In this document: one piece after another, positions 1 through 7,987 of the stretch
Layout: each line of letters begins with the position of its first letter
How positions within the stretch are numbered: the stretch's first letter is position 1
Source of the DNA: an uncultured Methanosarcinales archaeon
Lineage (GTDB): Archaea > Nanobdellota > Nanobdellia > Woesearchaeales > GW2011-AR9
NCBI GenBank assembly: GCA_964599955.1
Contig: CAZRHO010000001.1
Location: 296-44,023 of the forward strand
Direction of reading: 5' to 3'
DNA: 43,728 bases
Position numbers and translations under genes: made by a program
The notes under the pieces: model-generated
The model's input: only the letters and a program-made list of their open reading frames with translations
The model's database searches: none
What the model was told of the DNA's origin: nothing

Positions 1-32
1 AAAATTCAAAGTCTATTTGCAGGTCACTAAAC

Positions 33-506
33 GTGCCCAAAAATAAAACCAAAAAAGTCCAAAAAAACCACGACAATAAAATCTTGGTTATGAATGTTAA
101 TAGGGAGAACGGAAAAACTAAATTGTTTATCAAAGTTTCTCCTGAAATTGAAAACGTATTCAAAACCGAAGATACACACGAATCAAATATATATAAAGAT
201 GGAGATACCAAACATTTTTACTATTTGAGAAAACCCGATACCGAAGAAGAACTTAACAATTTAGTTTCGGACACAAGAATCAGCGACTATGGAAATCAAT
301 TATTTGATGGCTACCGAACTAATTTAAGTTTGTTAAGAACTGTCGGAATTTCGGAAGGTGTAAATTTTGAAATAACCCACTTAATCGGTGAGGAGATGTT
401 AACGAAGTACGCAGAGAGAATGAAAATTTTCGTATTGAAATTGTATAAACAATTTATTCGGAAAGTTGAGATTAATGTCGTACTTGAAAAAGTGGAGGTT
501 TACTAA
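33..506 (+). CDS. hypothetical protein coupled to the downstream amidoligase; 5' end uncertain
   Basis: The track ORF starts at a GTG. The same frame has no stop back to base 3, so the gene may begin upstream of the window or at ATG 90. Its stop overlaps the next start (TAATG at 504-508). Confidence 0.5.
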   Translation: MPKNKTKKVQKNHDNKILVMNVNRENGKTKLFIKVSPEIENVFKTEDTHESNIYKDGDTKHFYYLRKPDTEEELNNLVSDTRISDYGNQLFDGYRTNLSLLRTVGISEGVNFEITHLIGEEMLTKYAERMKIFVLKLYKQFIRKVEINVVLEKVEVY

Positions 507-1195
507 TGAAAATAGGAATTGAGTTGGAAGCAGGTTTTAATCGCTACGACGTGGAAGAAATTGAACAATATTGTGAATCAATAGACGCTCAATTTAAACA
601 CGACGGAAGTATTAGAACCCACGAATCTGAAAATTTGGCTCGGGAAGTTGCAACCCGACCTTACGAATTGAACGAAATGAATCAAATCGCAGAAGATTTT
701 GACGTGATTTATTCATACGTTCAAGAAGTAAATAGTTCAATGGGGATGCACGTACATTTGAGTTTTAACAAACAAGATACATATAATTGTTTGTTTAATC
801 GTAAATTTAATGCCTACTTCAAAAAGGAATTAAAAAAGCGATATAAGGGTAACAACGAACTATTGAGAAGGTTGACAGAAAATAGTTACACTTCAAGTAA
901 ATATGAAATGTCTTATTTCCAACGTAACGACCTTTATGGTGCTTCAAGATACAAATTTATCAATTGGAGAAGTTACTCTAAATTTAAAACTGTTGAATTT
1001 AGAATATTTGATGCACCTAAAACTCAAAAGCAACTTATGGATTATTTAATATTCTTAATATTCACTGTTAAGAAATATGTTTCAACCTATAAGTTCAAAG
1101 TTGAGCTGGATGTGGAAATTGAAGAAAACGAATTACAACCTTTAAATTTGGAAATCACCGAAGAAATTGAAGAAAAATTGGTTGTAACAATTTAA
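506..1195 (+). CDS. amidoligase (Amidoligase_2 / GCS2-like carboxylate-amine ligase family)
   Basis: Ordered motifs GIELEAG (ExE), HDGSI, MGMHVHLS and TVEFRIF fit the amidoligase signature. GGAGG lies about 8 nt upstream. A T8 run follows the stop. Confidence 0.72.
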   Translation: MKIGIELEAGFNRYDVEEIEQYCESIDAQFKHDGSIRTHESENLAREVATRPYELNEMNQIAEDFDVIYSYVQEVNSSMGMHVHLSFNKQDTYNCLFNRKFNAYFKKELKKRYKGNNELLRRLTENSYTSSKYEMSYFQRNDLYGASRYKFINWRSYSKFKTVEFRIFDAPKTQKQLMDYLIFLIFTVKKYVSTYKFKVELDVEIEENELQPLNLEITEEIEEKLVVTI

Positions 1196-1203
1196 TTTTT
1201 TTT
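1196..1203 (+). terminator. oligo-T terminator
   Basis: A T8 run immediately follows the amidoligase stop. Confidence 0.4.
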
Positions 1204-1232
1204 ATTACAATAAACTTGGAGGAAAAATAAAA

Positions 1233-2129
1233 ATGTGTAGAGCAATGTATATAACTAAAACAAAAGCCAAAAATGACAAGAACACTTTTGGGATTGTTAT
1301 GAACTATGTGGTAAATTCATATAATCGTGGCAATAAAGATGGGTTTTATATTAAGTTTGAAAATAACGAAATAAGAACCTTGGACTATCAAAAATTCTTG
1401 GATTTTATCATTGATAACCAGGAACAAATAAATGATAGTAAAGATGTGAATCTCCATTTAAGAATGGCTACCCACGGAAAAGGGGAAGATTGTATTCACG
1501 GATGGAACTTCGGAGATTATGATTGTTATCATAACGGAGTTGTACAAATCAAAAACAAAAAGATACCAAACGATAGTTATGACTTCTTTAAGTCGGTGGA
1601 TAAAGGCAACCTTAAAAAAACTATCAAAGCTATAAAATCCGAACTTAAAACAAGGACTGGTACTGGTGCTTTCTTTATGATTGATAAAAGTAAGAATAAT
1701 AGTTTTATCTTTTCAAAGAACCACACAATAAATGTACACCTAATCAACGACAACATTATTTCTATTAATAGTAATGATGATGTACACAAATTTGAACCTG
1801 AAATTGAACTTGAATCAACTGGTAAAAAGGAAATATGGGGATTAGAATTTGATACCGAAGAATCAGAACTATTTGATTTGGGTTTGTTGATTGAAGAAGA
1901 TTTGGTCGTAAGTTTTGATAATTGTATTTTAATAATTGACCAGAACGGAGTTAAACAAGTAATTGAAATGGATTTTCCCAGTTACAAACACTATAACAGA
2001 TATTGGGATAAATACGACGATGAATGGTATAGCGAAAAGAAAAGGAAAAGCGACTACAAAGAATGGTATGACGAAGGGGGTTATCCAAAACCAAGCAACC
2101 ACCAAATACAAGACTTTTCGGGGTACTAA
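1233..2129 (+). CDS. class-II glutamine-amidotransferase-like Ntn (Cys2) amidohydrolase / thiol peptidase
   Basis: Starts Met-Cys (MCRAMYI). HLRMATHG and CYHNGVV resemble the R-x-AT-x-G and HNG motifs of Ntn GATase-II folds. GGAGG lies about 10 nt upstream. The C-terminal tail is rich in Y/W/D/E/K. Confidence 0.62.
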   Translation: MCRAMYITKTKAKNDKNTFGIVMNYVVNSYNRGNKDGFYIKFENNEIRTLDYQKFLDFIIDNQEQINDSKDVNLHLRMATHGKGEDCIHGWNFGDYDCYHNGVVQIKNKKIPNDSYDFFKSVDKGNLKKTIKAIKSELKTRTGTGAFFMIDKSKNNSFIFSKNHTINVHLINDNIISINSNDDVHKFEPEIELESTGKKEIWGLEFDTEESELFDLGLLIEEDLVVSFDNCILIIDQNGVKQVIEMDFPSYKHYNRYWDKYDDEWYSEKKRKSDYKEWYDEGGYPKPSNHQIQDFSGY

Positions 2130-2130
2130 A

Positions 2131-2358
2131 ATGAGAAGTTGCATACAAAAAGAACTTTGGAATTGGTTTGATGACGAATCAAGAAAGTATCTTCTTGGAC
2201 TTCGTTATAGATGTATATCTACTGTTGAAAAACATTACAAAACACCATATTCGGAATTACCAGGAGGGTTTAGAGATTATCTCAAAGACCTGATTGTGTA
2301 TTTAGCGAAACTTAAAATCTTGGAGGAGATAAAAAATGAACGAAATAAAAAACATTGA
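2131..2358 (+). CDS. hypothetical protein
   Basis: Internal ATG of track ORF 1963..2358. It sits one base after the stop of the upstream gene (TAA-A-ATG); the longer version would overlap that gene by 167 nt. Confidence 0.5.
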   Translation: MRSCIQKELWNWFDDESRKYLLGLRYRCISTVEKHYKTPYSELPGGFRDYLKDLIVYLAKLKILEEIKNERNKKH

Positions 2359-2527
2359 AGTAAAAGATAGACCCAACTCTTTTGAGTGGGGTAAACCATC
2401 ATCCAGGCACAAAGTGTACTATAACACTCTGGAAGATTTGAAACAAAGGATTACGGAAGCAGTAGCTGGAGAAAATCTTTTGAACCAACTTAAAGCAACA
2501 GAAGGAGGTGGTACAAATGAAAAATAA
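2336..2527 (+). CDS. hypothetical protein
   Basis: Track ORF. GGAGGAG lies 7 nt upstream of the ATG. Confidence 0.5.
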   Translation: MNEIKNIEVKDRPNSFEWGKPSSRHKVYYNTLEDLKQRITEAVAGENLLNQLKATEGGGTNEK

Positions 2528-2651
2528 AAAAGGAATGTTACTTTGTGCTAACTTCGTAATGGTTGGAATAAAAAACAATGATTATGATTGTGCGAGGTCC
2601 TACCTTGAACAACTTAATGATTTGTTTGCACAAATTCCAGAGAGGTGGTAA
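2517..2651 (+). CDS. small hypothetical protein (44 aa)
   Basis: Read from the sequence (below the track cutoff): MKNKKGMLLCANFVMVG...IPERW. A strong GGAGGTG lies 6 nt upstream. Confidence 0.4.
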   Translation: MKNKKGMLLCANFVMVGIKNNDYDCARSYLEQLNDLFAQIPERW

Positions 2652-2653
2652 GA

Positions 2654-2755
2654 ATGAAATATTGTAATAAGTGTGGGTTTCAATACCCAAAGGAAATATT
2701 TTCAGAACCACAAGTTCATATTTGTGTAAGTAAGGGGGAAGCAGAAAATGACTGA
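2654..2755 (+). CDS. small zinc-ribbon-like protein (33 aa)
   Basis: Read from the sequence: MKYCNKCGFQYPKE...HICVS (CxxC plus HxC). GAGGTGG lies upstream. Confidence 0.4.
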   Translation: MKYCNKCGFQYPKEIFSEPQVHICVSKGEAEND

Positions 2756-3044
2756 ACACACTAAAAAGGAATTTAAGAAAGTTTCTGATTTAGTTTTACA
2801 TTTTTTGGAAATTGACGAAAGGTGTAGGAATGATGATAAGTGGCTTACTTACTTGGTAATGCGACAATACACAAACATCTATATTCCTTTTGACGATTTT
2901 AAAAAAATACCAGCTTTTGAAACAATAAAAAGATGTAGAGCTAAAATACAGAACGGGGATAAATTGTTTCTCCCCACAGACCCAAAGGTTTTGAAAAGAA
3001 GACATCACCGACAAAATTACATTAGTAACTGGAGCGTGGAATAA
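2748..3044 (+). CDS. hypothetical protein
   Basis: Track ORF. GGGGGAAG lies upstream. The sequence contains ERCRNDDKWLTY ... ETIKRCRAKIQ, which resembles a recurrent small phage protein type of unknown function. Confidence 0.6.
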   Translation: MTEHTKKEFKKVSDLVLHFLEIDERCRNDDKWLTYLVMRQYTNIYIPFDDFKKIPAFETIKRCRAKIQNGDKLFLPTDPKVLKRRHHRQNYISNWSVE

Positions 3045-3045
3045 A

Positions 3046-3210
3046 ATGGGAAAACAACAACGAATAACAAATATGGATTTTAATAAGTGGGTTGAAGTAA
3101 TGAAGGGATTTTGGTTTGTAAACCACAACTTGACTTATATTCAATTTTGTGAATGTATCAAAGGGTACAAAGAAAAAGAATTTGCAGATTATATGGAGGA
3201 AATAAAATGA
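3046..3210 (+). CDS. small hypothetical protein (54 aa)
   Basis: Read from the sequence: MGKQQRITNMDFNKW... TAA-A-ATG junction with the upstream gene and ATGA overlap with the downstream gene. Confidence 0.45.
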   Translation: MGKQQRITNMDFNKWVEVMKGFWFVNHNLTYIQFCECIKGYKEKEFADYMEEIK

Positions 3211-3449
3211 GAGAGAAATTTAAAGAACTTGAAAAAAGTTTAATGAAAGAAGAAACTTTGACATTACTGAATAAAGACCAGCTTATTAATTTGGTTTTAA
3301 GCCTACAAGATAAGATGGTAGAATTGGGGGAGTTGATAGTAGAACATTTTGAAGACACCCAAGAGTTTAACAAATTCCAAAAAGATTCTATCAACGAACT
3401 ATTTTTATTATTTGAGGGGGAAATTAAAAATGAAAAAAAACGAAATTGA
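3207..3449 (+). CDS. coiled-coil hypothetical protein
   Basis: Internal ATG of track ORF 3153..3449, at an ATGA overlap, with GGAGGAA upstream. The sequence is heptad-like and K/E/L-rich. Confidence 0.55.
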   Translation: MREKFKELEKSLMKEETLTLLNKDQLINLVLSLQDKMVELGELIVEHFEDTQEFNKFQKDSINELFLLFEGEIKNEKKRN

Positions 3450-3600
3450 AGAATTTTTCCAAAAGTACATAGATAAGGATGTTGTTTGGTTTATTGATAA
3501 ATGGTTTGAGAAACACGGAAGCCTAACTAAAGATAATTATGAAATGTTTAAAGAAATGATTTGTTATGTAAGGAGGGATAAAAATGTTACACAAAAATAA
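3430..3600 (+). CDS. hypothetical protein
   Basis: Internal ATG of track ORF 3349..3600, preceded by GAGGGGG. Confidence 0.5.
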   Translation: MKKNEIEEFFQKYIDKDVVWFIDKWFEKHGSLTKDNYEMFKEMICYVRRDKNVTQK

Positions 3601-3730
3601 AACTTATATTGAGGAACTAACTAAAAAAGTCATTAGCCCGAATATAAACCCACGATTAAAATCATCTACTGGTGAACAGAAACATTTAAATAGTTCAGAA
3701 ATTATCATAATTAAAATGGAGGATGAGTAA
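3584..3730 (+). CDS. small hypothetical protein (48 aa)
   Basis: Read from the sequence. AGGAGGG lies 5 nt upstream of the ATG. Confidence 0.4.
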   Translation: MLHKNKTYIEELTKKVISPNINPRLKSSTGEQKHLNSSEIIIIKMEDE

Positions 3731-3926
3731 AATGGGATTTATAGATTTGTTGAAAAGGAAAAAAGTTCCTACAAAGAAGTCTGTAATTTTTTATCAAAAA
3801 CAAAGAGCAAAAGGGAAATGCGCTTATTGTAATGAAACTACTGATAAGTATGCTTGTGATAAACATAGAGATTACAGAAATAATTACTACAAACAAAAAA
3901 GGAAAAATGGAGGGATTGAAAAATGA
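3723..3926 (+). CDS. basic Cys-containing small protein
   Basis: Track ORF. An alternative ATG at 3732 has better GGAGG spacing. Contains CAYCNETTDKYACDKH. Confidence 0.5.
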   Translation: MSKMGFIDLLKRKKVPTKKSVIFYQKQRAKGKCAYCNETTDKYACDKHRDYRNNYYKQKRKNGGIEK

Positions 3927-4180
3927 ATGAAGAACTAAATAGATGTGAATCCTGTGAGGGATTTTGTAAAAAACCATATACAACTTGTTGGACTTGTAAA
4001 CAAAAAACACAAGCAAAACAAAACGAAAGTAAAGACCAATGGCGTGAAGGAGTGATTGAAGGCCATATTGATAAATTGACTTTAGACTTTTGTTTGAAGT
4101 TTGCAGATAAACCAAACGACGTATGGGAATCTTGGACGGATGTAAGAAAAAGATTTTCAGAATTAATTAAGGGTAGATAA
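3923..4180 (+). CDS. zinc-binding small protein
   Basis: Track ORF with ATGA overlap. Contains CESCEGFCKKPYTTCWTC (multiple CxxC). Confidence 0.55.
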   Translation: MNEELNRCESCEGFCKKPYTTCWTCKQKTQAKQNESKDQWREGVIEGHIDKLTLDFCLKFADKPNDVWESWTDVRKRFSELIKGR

Positions 4181-4182
4181 AA

Positions 4183-4665
4183 ATGGTAACACTTCCTTTC
4201 GGAGAATTAAAAAGAAGAACTATCAAAGGTAGAAACTTCTGGGTTATAGAAAACTCAACTCTTACAAAAGGATTATTAGAAGATACTCTTGGAATTAAAA
4301 TTAAAAGAAGGAGTGCGTATATCCCAAAACTAAAAAGAAGTACTTGGGTATATCAAGTTTTTCCAGCAAGAGGAGATACAAGACTTAAAAAAACAATAGT
4401 TCCTTTAATTCAACCAGAGGAAGTTTTACCAACCCCTTACAAAAAACCAACAATTACTGATTACAAAATACTTGATAATCTTACAGCACAGGCTTTTGTT
4501 GATAAAGATATGTCATCAATGGAAAGATTAGAACTTGCAAAAGAAATGTTAGAACAAGGTAATATTGAAGAAGCACACGGAATTATGGGAGAAGTAAGAG
4601 AAGAACTTGAAGATGAAAAATTTTATGAATTTGAATTTGAGATTAGAGATGAGTGGAGGACCTGA
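4183..4665 (+). CDS. hypothetical protein
   Basis: Track ORF, 160 aa, with an acidic C-terminus. Confidence 0.6.
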   Translation: MVTLPFGELKRRTIKGRNFWVIENSTLTKGLLEDTLGIKIKRRSAYIPKLKRSTWVYQVFPARGDTRLKKTIVPLIQPEEVLPTPYKKPTITDYKILDNLTAQAFVDKDMSSMERLELAKEMLEQGNIEEAHGIMGEVREELEDEKFYEFEFEIRDEWRT

Positions 4666-4780
4666 ATATGGAAAGAAAAAATATGAATGTGGAAATTGTA
4701 AATTTTTAAACATAATTATTCCATTGAAATGTGTAAAAGCTTATTTCTGTCATTTGTGTAGTGCGAGGTGGGAATTATAA
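4649..4780 (+). CDS. small zinc-ribbon protein (43 aa)
   Basis: Read from the sequence: MSGGPEYGKKKYECGNCKF...FCHLCSARWEL (two CxxC pairs). Its stop forms a TAA-A-ATG junction with the next gene. Confidence 0.4.
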   Translation: MSGGPEYGKKKYECGNCKFLNIIIPLKCVKAYFCHLCSARWEL

Positions 4781-4781
4781 A

Positions 4782-5132
4782 ATGGCTCAAAGAACTTTAT
4801 TAGGAGGAGTAGTACCGAAACCTTACGTTGGTAAAAAAGGAAAATCTAACGTAGGAGATAGTTACATTAACATTCAAGGGAATGGGAAAATTGTTGTTAA
4901 AGCAAAATCAAAAGAAGAAGCTATGCAAAAAGCAAGAGAAATGTTTGAACTTGAATTAAGAAGATGTGACATCTGGGATACCAAAGATAAAATGATGGAA
5001 AGGTGGCGTGGCCTTATGGGTGCAGAACTTAAGAAAACATCATCAACAGGAATAGAAGGGGTTGAGGTCCAAGACCTTAAATGGAAAAATAATCCAAAAC
5101 AAAGTTGGATTAGGAACTCATTACTATGGTAG
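4782..5132 (+). CDS. hypothetical protein
   Basis: Internal ATG (MAQRTLLGG...) of track ORF 4761..5132, at a TAAAATGGC junction. Confidence 0.6.
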   Translation: MAQRTLLGGVVPKPYVGKKGKSNVGDSYINIQGNGKIVVKAKSKEEAMQKAREMFELELRRCDIWDTKDKMMERWRGLMGAELKKTSSTGIEGVEVQDLKWKNNPKQSWIRNSLLW

Positions 5133-5314
5133 AAAAAGAATTGAAAACGGAAAAAGTACCTTTATTGATTATATATAAAGATGGAAGTAATTTAGTAACA
5201 GAGTTTACTGATGATACTAAAGCCTTTGAAATGTTAGGTTACTTGAGATGTTATCTTATCGGATTAGAGGAAGATTTAATTCGGAGTTTTAAAAAGAATA
5301 AGGAGGAAAAATAA
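5126..5314 (+). CDS. hypothetical protein
   Basis: Track ORF. Its start overlaps the upstream stop. Confidence 0.5.
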   Translation: MVEKELKTEKVPLLIIYKDGSNLVTEFTDDTKAFEMLGYLRCYLIGLEEDLIRSFKKNKEEK

Positions 5315-5315
5315 A

Positions 5316-5582
5316 ATGACAGAAAAAACTTGTAAAGTAAGTTGTAGCAAAAGTAAAGCTTGGGCGATTGCTTCAATGGTATGTGGAATTATTGGATTGT
5401 TGTTATGGTTAATGCCTTACTTTGGTATAATCTTATCAGTAATGGCGATTGTGTTTTACTGCAAGGACAAAGAGAGTGCTATGGCGAAAGCTGGTTTAGT
5501 AACTGGTATCATTGGTACAGTTATGAATAGTGCTATGTTATTCTTTTTGTTTATTTGGGTAGCAATTGTTGGTTCTTTATAG
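5316..5582 (+). CDS. small integral membrane protein (about 3 TM)
   Basis: Track ORF with AGGAGG upstream. Three hydrophobic segments (GIIGLLLWLMPYFGIIL..., GLVTGIIGTV..., LFFLFIWVAIV). Followed by a T9 terminator. Confidence 0.65.
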   Translation: MTEKTCKVSCSKSKAWAIASMVCGIIGLLLWLMPYFGIILSVMAIVFYCKDKESAMAKAGLVTGIIGTVMNSAMLFFLFIWVAIVGSL

Positions 5583-5586
5583 AACC

Positions 5587-5600
5587 TTTTTTTTTATTTT
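5587..5600 (+). terminator. oligo-T terminator
   Basis: T9-A-T4 after the stop at 5582. Confidence 0.45.
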
Positions 5601-5603
5601 AAT

Positions 5604-5813
5604 ATGACAATAGACGAAAAAATTGACAAAGGAAAGGTAGCAATAATTTCTGTTATGTGTAGAGCAGAAAACGGAAGTTTGCAACAAGATTATATTTCAA
5701 ATCTAAAACTTTGCACTTACGGAAAAGAACTTAATTGTCCTAATCAATTAATTAATTTCAGAGTCAATCAAGGGTATGAGGTTTATTTTGGATGTAGTTA
5801 CAAAAAAAAATGA
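5604..5813 (+). CDS. small Cys protein, paralog of 8350..8550
   Basis: MTIDEKI...LKLCTYGKELNCPNQ...GCSYKKK aligns with MTVDEII...VDLCKYAGNYNCPYQ...QCLYKK. Confidence 0.55.
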   Translation: MTIDEKIDKGKVAIISVMCRAENGSLQQDYISNLKLCTYGKELNCPNQLINFRVNQGYEVYFGCSYKKK

Positions 5814-6043
5814 AAGAATTAGAACCAATAACCATAGAAATGGTGAATAGACTAAAAGGATTTGAAAGGTCAGAAGCAATAAGGAAATATCACGAATGGT
5901 TGAAACGTGCAAGATATAATGACTTAAGAATCCAAAGGAATTTAGATATGAAAATATTTAAATTTAAAAATCCTGAAAGAGTAAAAAGATGGAAGGAAAA
6001 CAGAATAAAAAGAAGGGAAGAAAAAAAATGGGAACGGAAATAA
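5810..6043 (+). CDS. basic hypothetical protein
   Basis: Track ORF with ATGA overlap. K/R/E-rich. Confidence 0.5.
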   Translation: MKELEPITIEMVNRLKGFERSEAIRKYHEWLKRARYNDLRIQRNLDMKIFKFKNPERVKRWKENRIKRREEKKWERK

Positions 6044-6417
6044 AACTTGATTATGATTGTCCTTTCAGTAGGGTTAGGGAAATTATGCAAGAACGTGGGT
6101 GGTTACTCTTAAAATTAGATTTATTAAATCTCCAAGTTTACAAAACTAAAAGAGGCTACCACGTTTATGCTAATATTAAATCTAAACTTAAACAATTTGA
6201 AATGTTATTAATTCAATCATTGTTAGATAGTGATTTTAATAGGGAAATATTAAATTTCCTTCGTGCGCATAAAAAAGGTAATGCTGGGAACTACCTATTT
6301 GATTTTAAATCATTTTGGACTGATTATAATCTTAAAAGCCATAGGGAAAGAGTAAGAAAACCATTATTAGAAAAACAATTATTAAACATAATGAAAAATA
6401 AAGAGGTGGAAATATGA
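6028..6417 (+). CDS. hypothetical protein with AEP (primase-polymerase)-like motif spacing
   Basis: Internal ATG of track ORF 5989..6417. Contains KLDYDCP (DxD), then KTKRGYHVY about 35 aa later, then LLDSDFN about 22 aa after that. Confidence 0.45.
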   Translation: MGTEIKLDYDCPFSRVREIMQERGWLLLKLDLLNLQVYKTKRGYHVYANIKSKLKQFEMLLIQSLLDSDFNREILNFLRAHKKGNAGNYLFDFKSFWTDYNLKSHRERVRKPLLEKQLLNIMKNKEVEI

Positions 6418-7268
6418 AAACAAAAGGAGAAGAAATTAAAATGGGTAAAGAAATAAGTAATCCTAAAATAATTATTACTGGAGATGGATTTATTCCAGAA
6501 GAAATTACAAAAGCATTAAAGGATGAGTTTGAAGTTTTTAGGATTAATTCAACAACAGAACAAGACGTATGTAACTTTAATCTTAAAATGAAAGGAGTTG
6601 ATATGGTTATCCATTGTTCAGAATTGAGGGATGCACCAGACCCACATATTCTTCAATGGAATGTAATGGGTACAGCAAATATATTAAATTGGTGTGACGA
6701 AAATAAAGTGAGTAACTTTGTTTATATTTCAACTGGAGATATTTATGGAAATAAAACAGTATTCCCTTCAAATGAAACTTTTAAACCAGACCCACTTGGA
6801 ATGTACGCAACTACAAAATATATGGGAGAACTATTAGTTGAATTGTGGCATAAAACAAAAGGAATTAAAACATTAATGTTAAGACCATTTGAAGTATATG
6901 GAGATAATGAAATTCAATCAATTGTAGGTAAAATGAAAATTACACCAAACGAAGGAACGATTGAAGGAAGTCCTGATATTACAAAAGATTTTATGCACGT
7001 AAAAGATTTGGTTAGGGTTGTTAAAATGTATGCGGAAAGAAAAACATTTAACAACCTTACTTTGAATGTAGGAACAAAAAAAGAAACATCATTTGAAGAA
7101 GTTGCGAAAATGTTAGGAAAGGAGTTTTCCTATAAACCAAATAAATCAATACCAAGAAGGAGTATGGCTGATATTGAACATTTGGATTTTACAGGATTAA
7201 AACCGAAGGTGGAACTTGAAAAATGGATAGGTACAACGCAAACGGAAAAGGATACATCTACCAAATGA
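6414..7268 (+). CDS. NAD(P)-dependent epimerase/dehydratase (extended SDR)
   Basis: Contains IIITGDGFIPEE (Rossmann), YISTGDIYG, YATTKYMGE (YxxxK) and RPFEVYG. An alternative start at 6441 has AAGGAG upstream. Confidence 0.7.
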   Translation: MKTKGEEIKMGKEISNPKIIITGDGFIPEEITKALKDEFEVFRINSTTEQDVCNFNLKMKGVDMVIHCSELRDAPDPHILQWNVMGTANILNWCDENKVSNFVYISTGDIYGNKTVFPSNETFKPDPLGMYATTKYMGELLVELWHKTKGIKTLMLRPFEVYGDNEIQSIVGKMKITPNEGTIEGSPDITKDFMHVKDLVRVVKMYAERKTFNNLTLNVGTKKETSFEEVAKMLGKEFSYKPNKSIPRRSMADIEHLDFTGLKPKVELEKWIGTTQTEKDTSTK

Positions 7269-7384
7269 GTTTAGATGAGGTAGCAAGAACAAGAATACCA
7301 AGAACCTACAAGGTATTAAGCAAAAGATGGGTTAGAGGTTTAATCTACTTTGCGTTGGGATACGTTGCAGGAAAAATATGGTAG
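7265..7384 (+). CDS. small hypothetical protein (39 aa) with hydrophobic C-terminus
   Basis: Read from the sequence. ATGA overlap with the SDR gene. Confidence 0.35.
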   Translation: MSLDEVARTRIPRTYKVLSKRWVRGLIYFALGYVAGKIW

Positions 7385-7489
7385 ATTGGGAATAAAAATT
7401 AAAATAAGTGGATATTGGGGAAGGAAAATTTAAAAAAATTCATCCTCCAAGTTGGATTTTCTTTATTCCTTCCCTGACCACAAATTAAA

Positions 7490-7606
7490 ATGAATAGATG
7501 TAAAGGAATAACTAAAACAGGACATAGATGTTTAAGTGGGGCTACATTAGGTAATTATTGCGTAGTCCATTTAAGATTGATTGAAAGTAAAAAGGGGGAT
7601 AAATAA
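7490..7606 (+). CDS. small Cys/His protein (38 aa)
   Basis: Read from the sequence: MNRCKGITKTGHRCLSGATLGNYCVVH. Confidence 0.4.
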   Translation: MNRCKGITKTGHRCLSGATLGNYCVVHLRLIESKKGDK

Positions 7607-7607
7607 A

Positions 7608-7742
7608 ATGACAGCATTTATGGATATACCAAGGAAAAACGGAAAAGTATTATTGAAAGAAAAGATTGTATGTAGGTGTGGGAAAGAATTTTTTACCACC
7701 ACTCACAAAAGATTATGTGATAAATGTGGGAAGAAAAAATGA
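7608..7742 (+). CDS. small zinc-ribbon protein (44 aa)
   Basis: Read from the sequence: ...IVCRCGKEFF...RLCDKCGKKK. GGGGGA lies upstream. First member of the ATGA-coupled chain. Confidence 0.45.
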   Translation: MTAFMDIPRKNGKVLLKEKIVCRCGKEFFTTTHKRLCDKCGKKK

Positions 7743-7987
7743 AACAGGCACAGGAAGAGAAGGAATTATATCAATTCTTAGATGAATATCATAATAAATT
7801 GTTAATGATAACTGATGTAAAAATATTTAGAAAGAGATTACTTAAAATATTTCGTAAACAGAAGAACGCCACGATTGAGGAGATTGAGAAAACTTTAAAA
7901 AAATATAAATCAGATATTTTCAAAGACGATAGAGCACACCTAAATGTTATGAGATATTTAAACCAACTCAAGCGAGGGGAAGAATGA
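7739..7987 (+). CDS. hypothetical protein ending KRGEE
   Basis: Internal ATG of track ORF 7724..7987, at an ATGA overlap. Confidence 0.55.
   Translation: MKQAQEEKELYQFLDEYHNKLLMITDVKIFRKRLLKIFRKQKNATIEEIEKTLKKYKSDIFKDDRAHLNVMRYLNQLKRGEE

Noticed and set aside
1577-4115. Minus-strand and alternative-frame track ORFs inside + strand genes: 1577-1789, 1929-2144, 1951-2148, 2538-2759, 2796-3128, 3158-3394 and 3711-4115. Similar ORFs occur later at 5890-6090, 7789-7971, 8737-8928, 9873-10136, 10667-10855, 11798-11980, 14020-14280, 15645-15857, 19768-20013, 21397-21645, 23425-23685, 23733-24020, 24611-24817, 26088-26306, 26632-26814, 27271-27853, 29215-29478, 32239-32619, 33977-34222, 36810-36992, 39765-40007 and 42380-42628.
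   Set aside because: They are antisense shadows of better-supported + strand genes. Their translations are F/L/I/S-rich low-complexity sequence, typical of the complement of K/E-rich coding DNA. They have no start context (no SD, TATA or coupling), and they would break the tight operon structure.
7419-7473. A 9-bp perfect inverted repeat, GGGAAGGAA ... TTCCTTCCC, in the gap before gene 7490.
   Set aside because: The loop is about 40 nt and the sequence is purine/pyrimidine low-complexity, so the repeat could arise by chance or be a weak terminator. There is not enough support to call a regulatory element.
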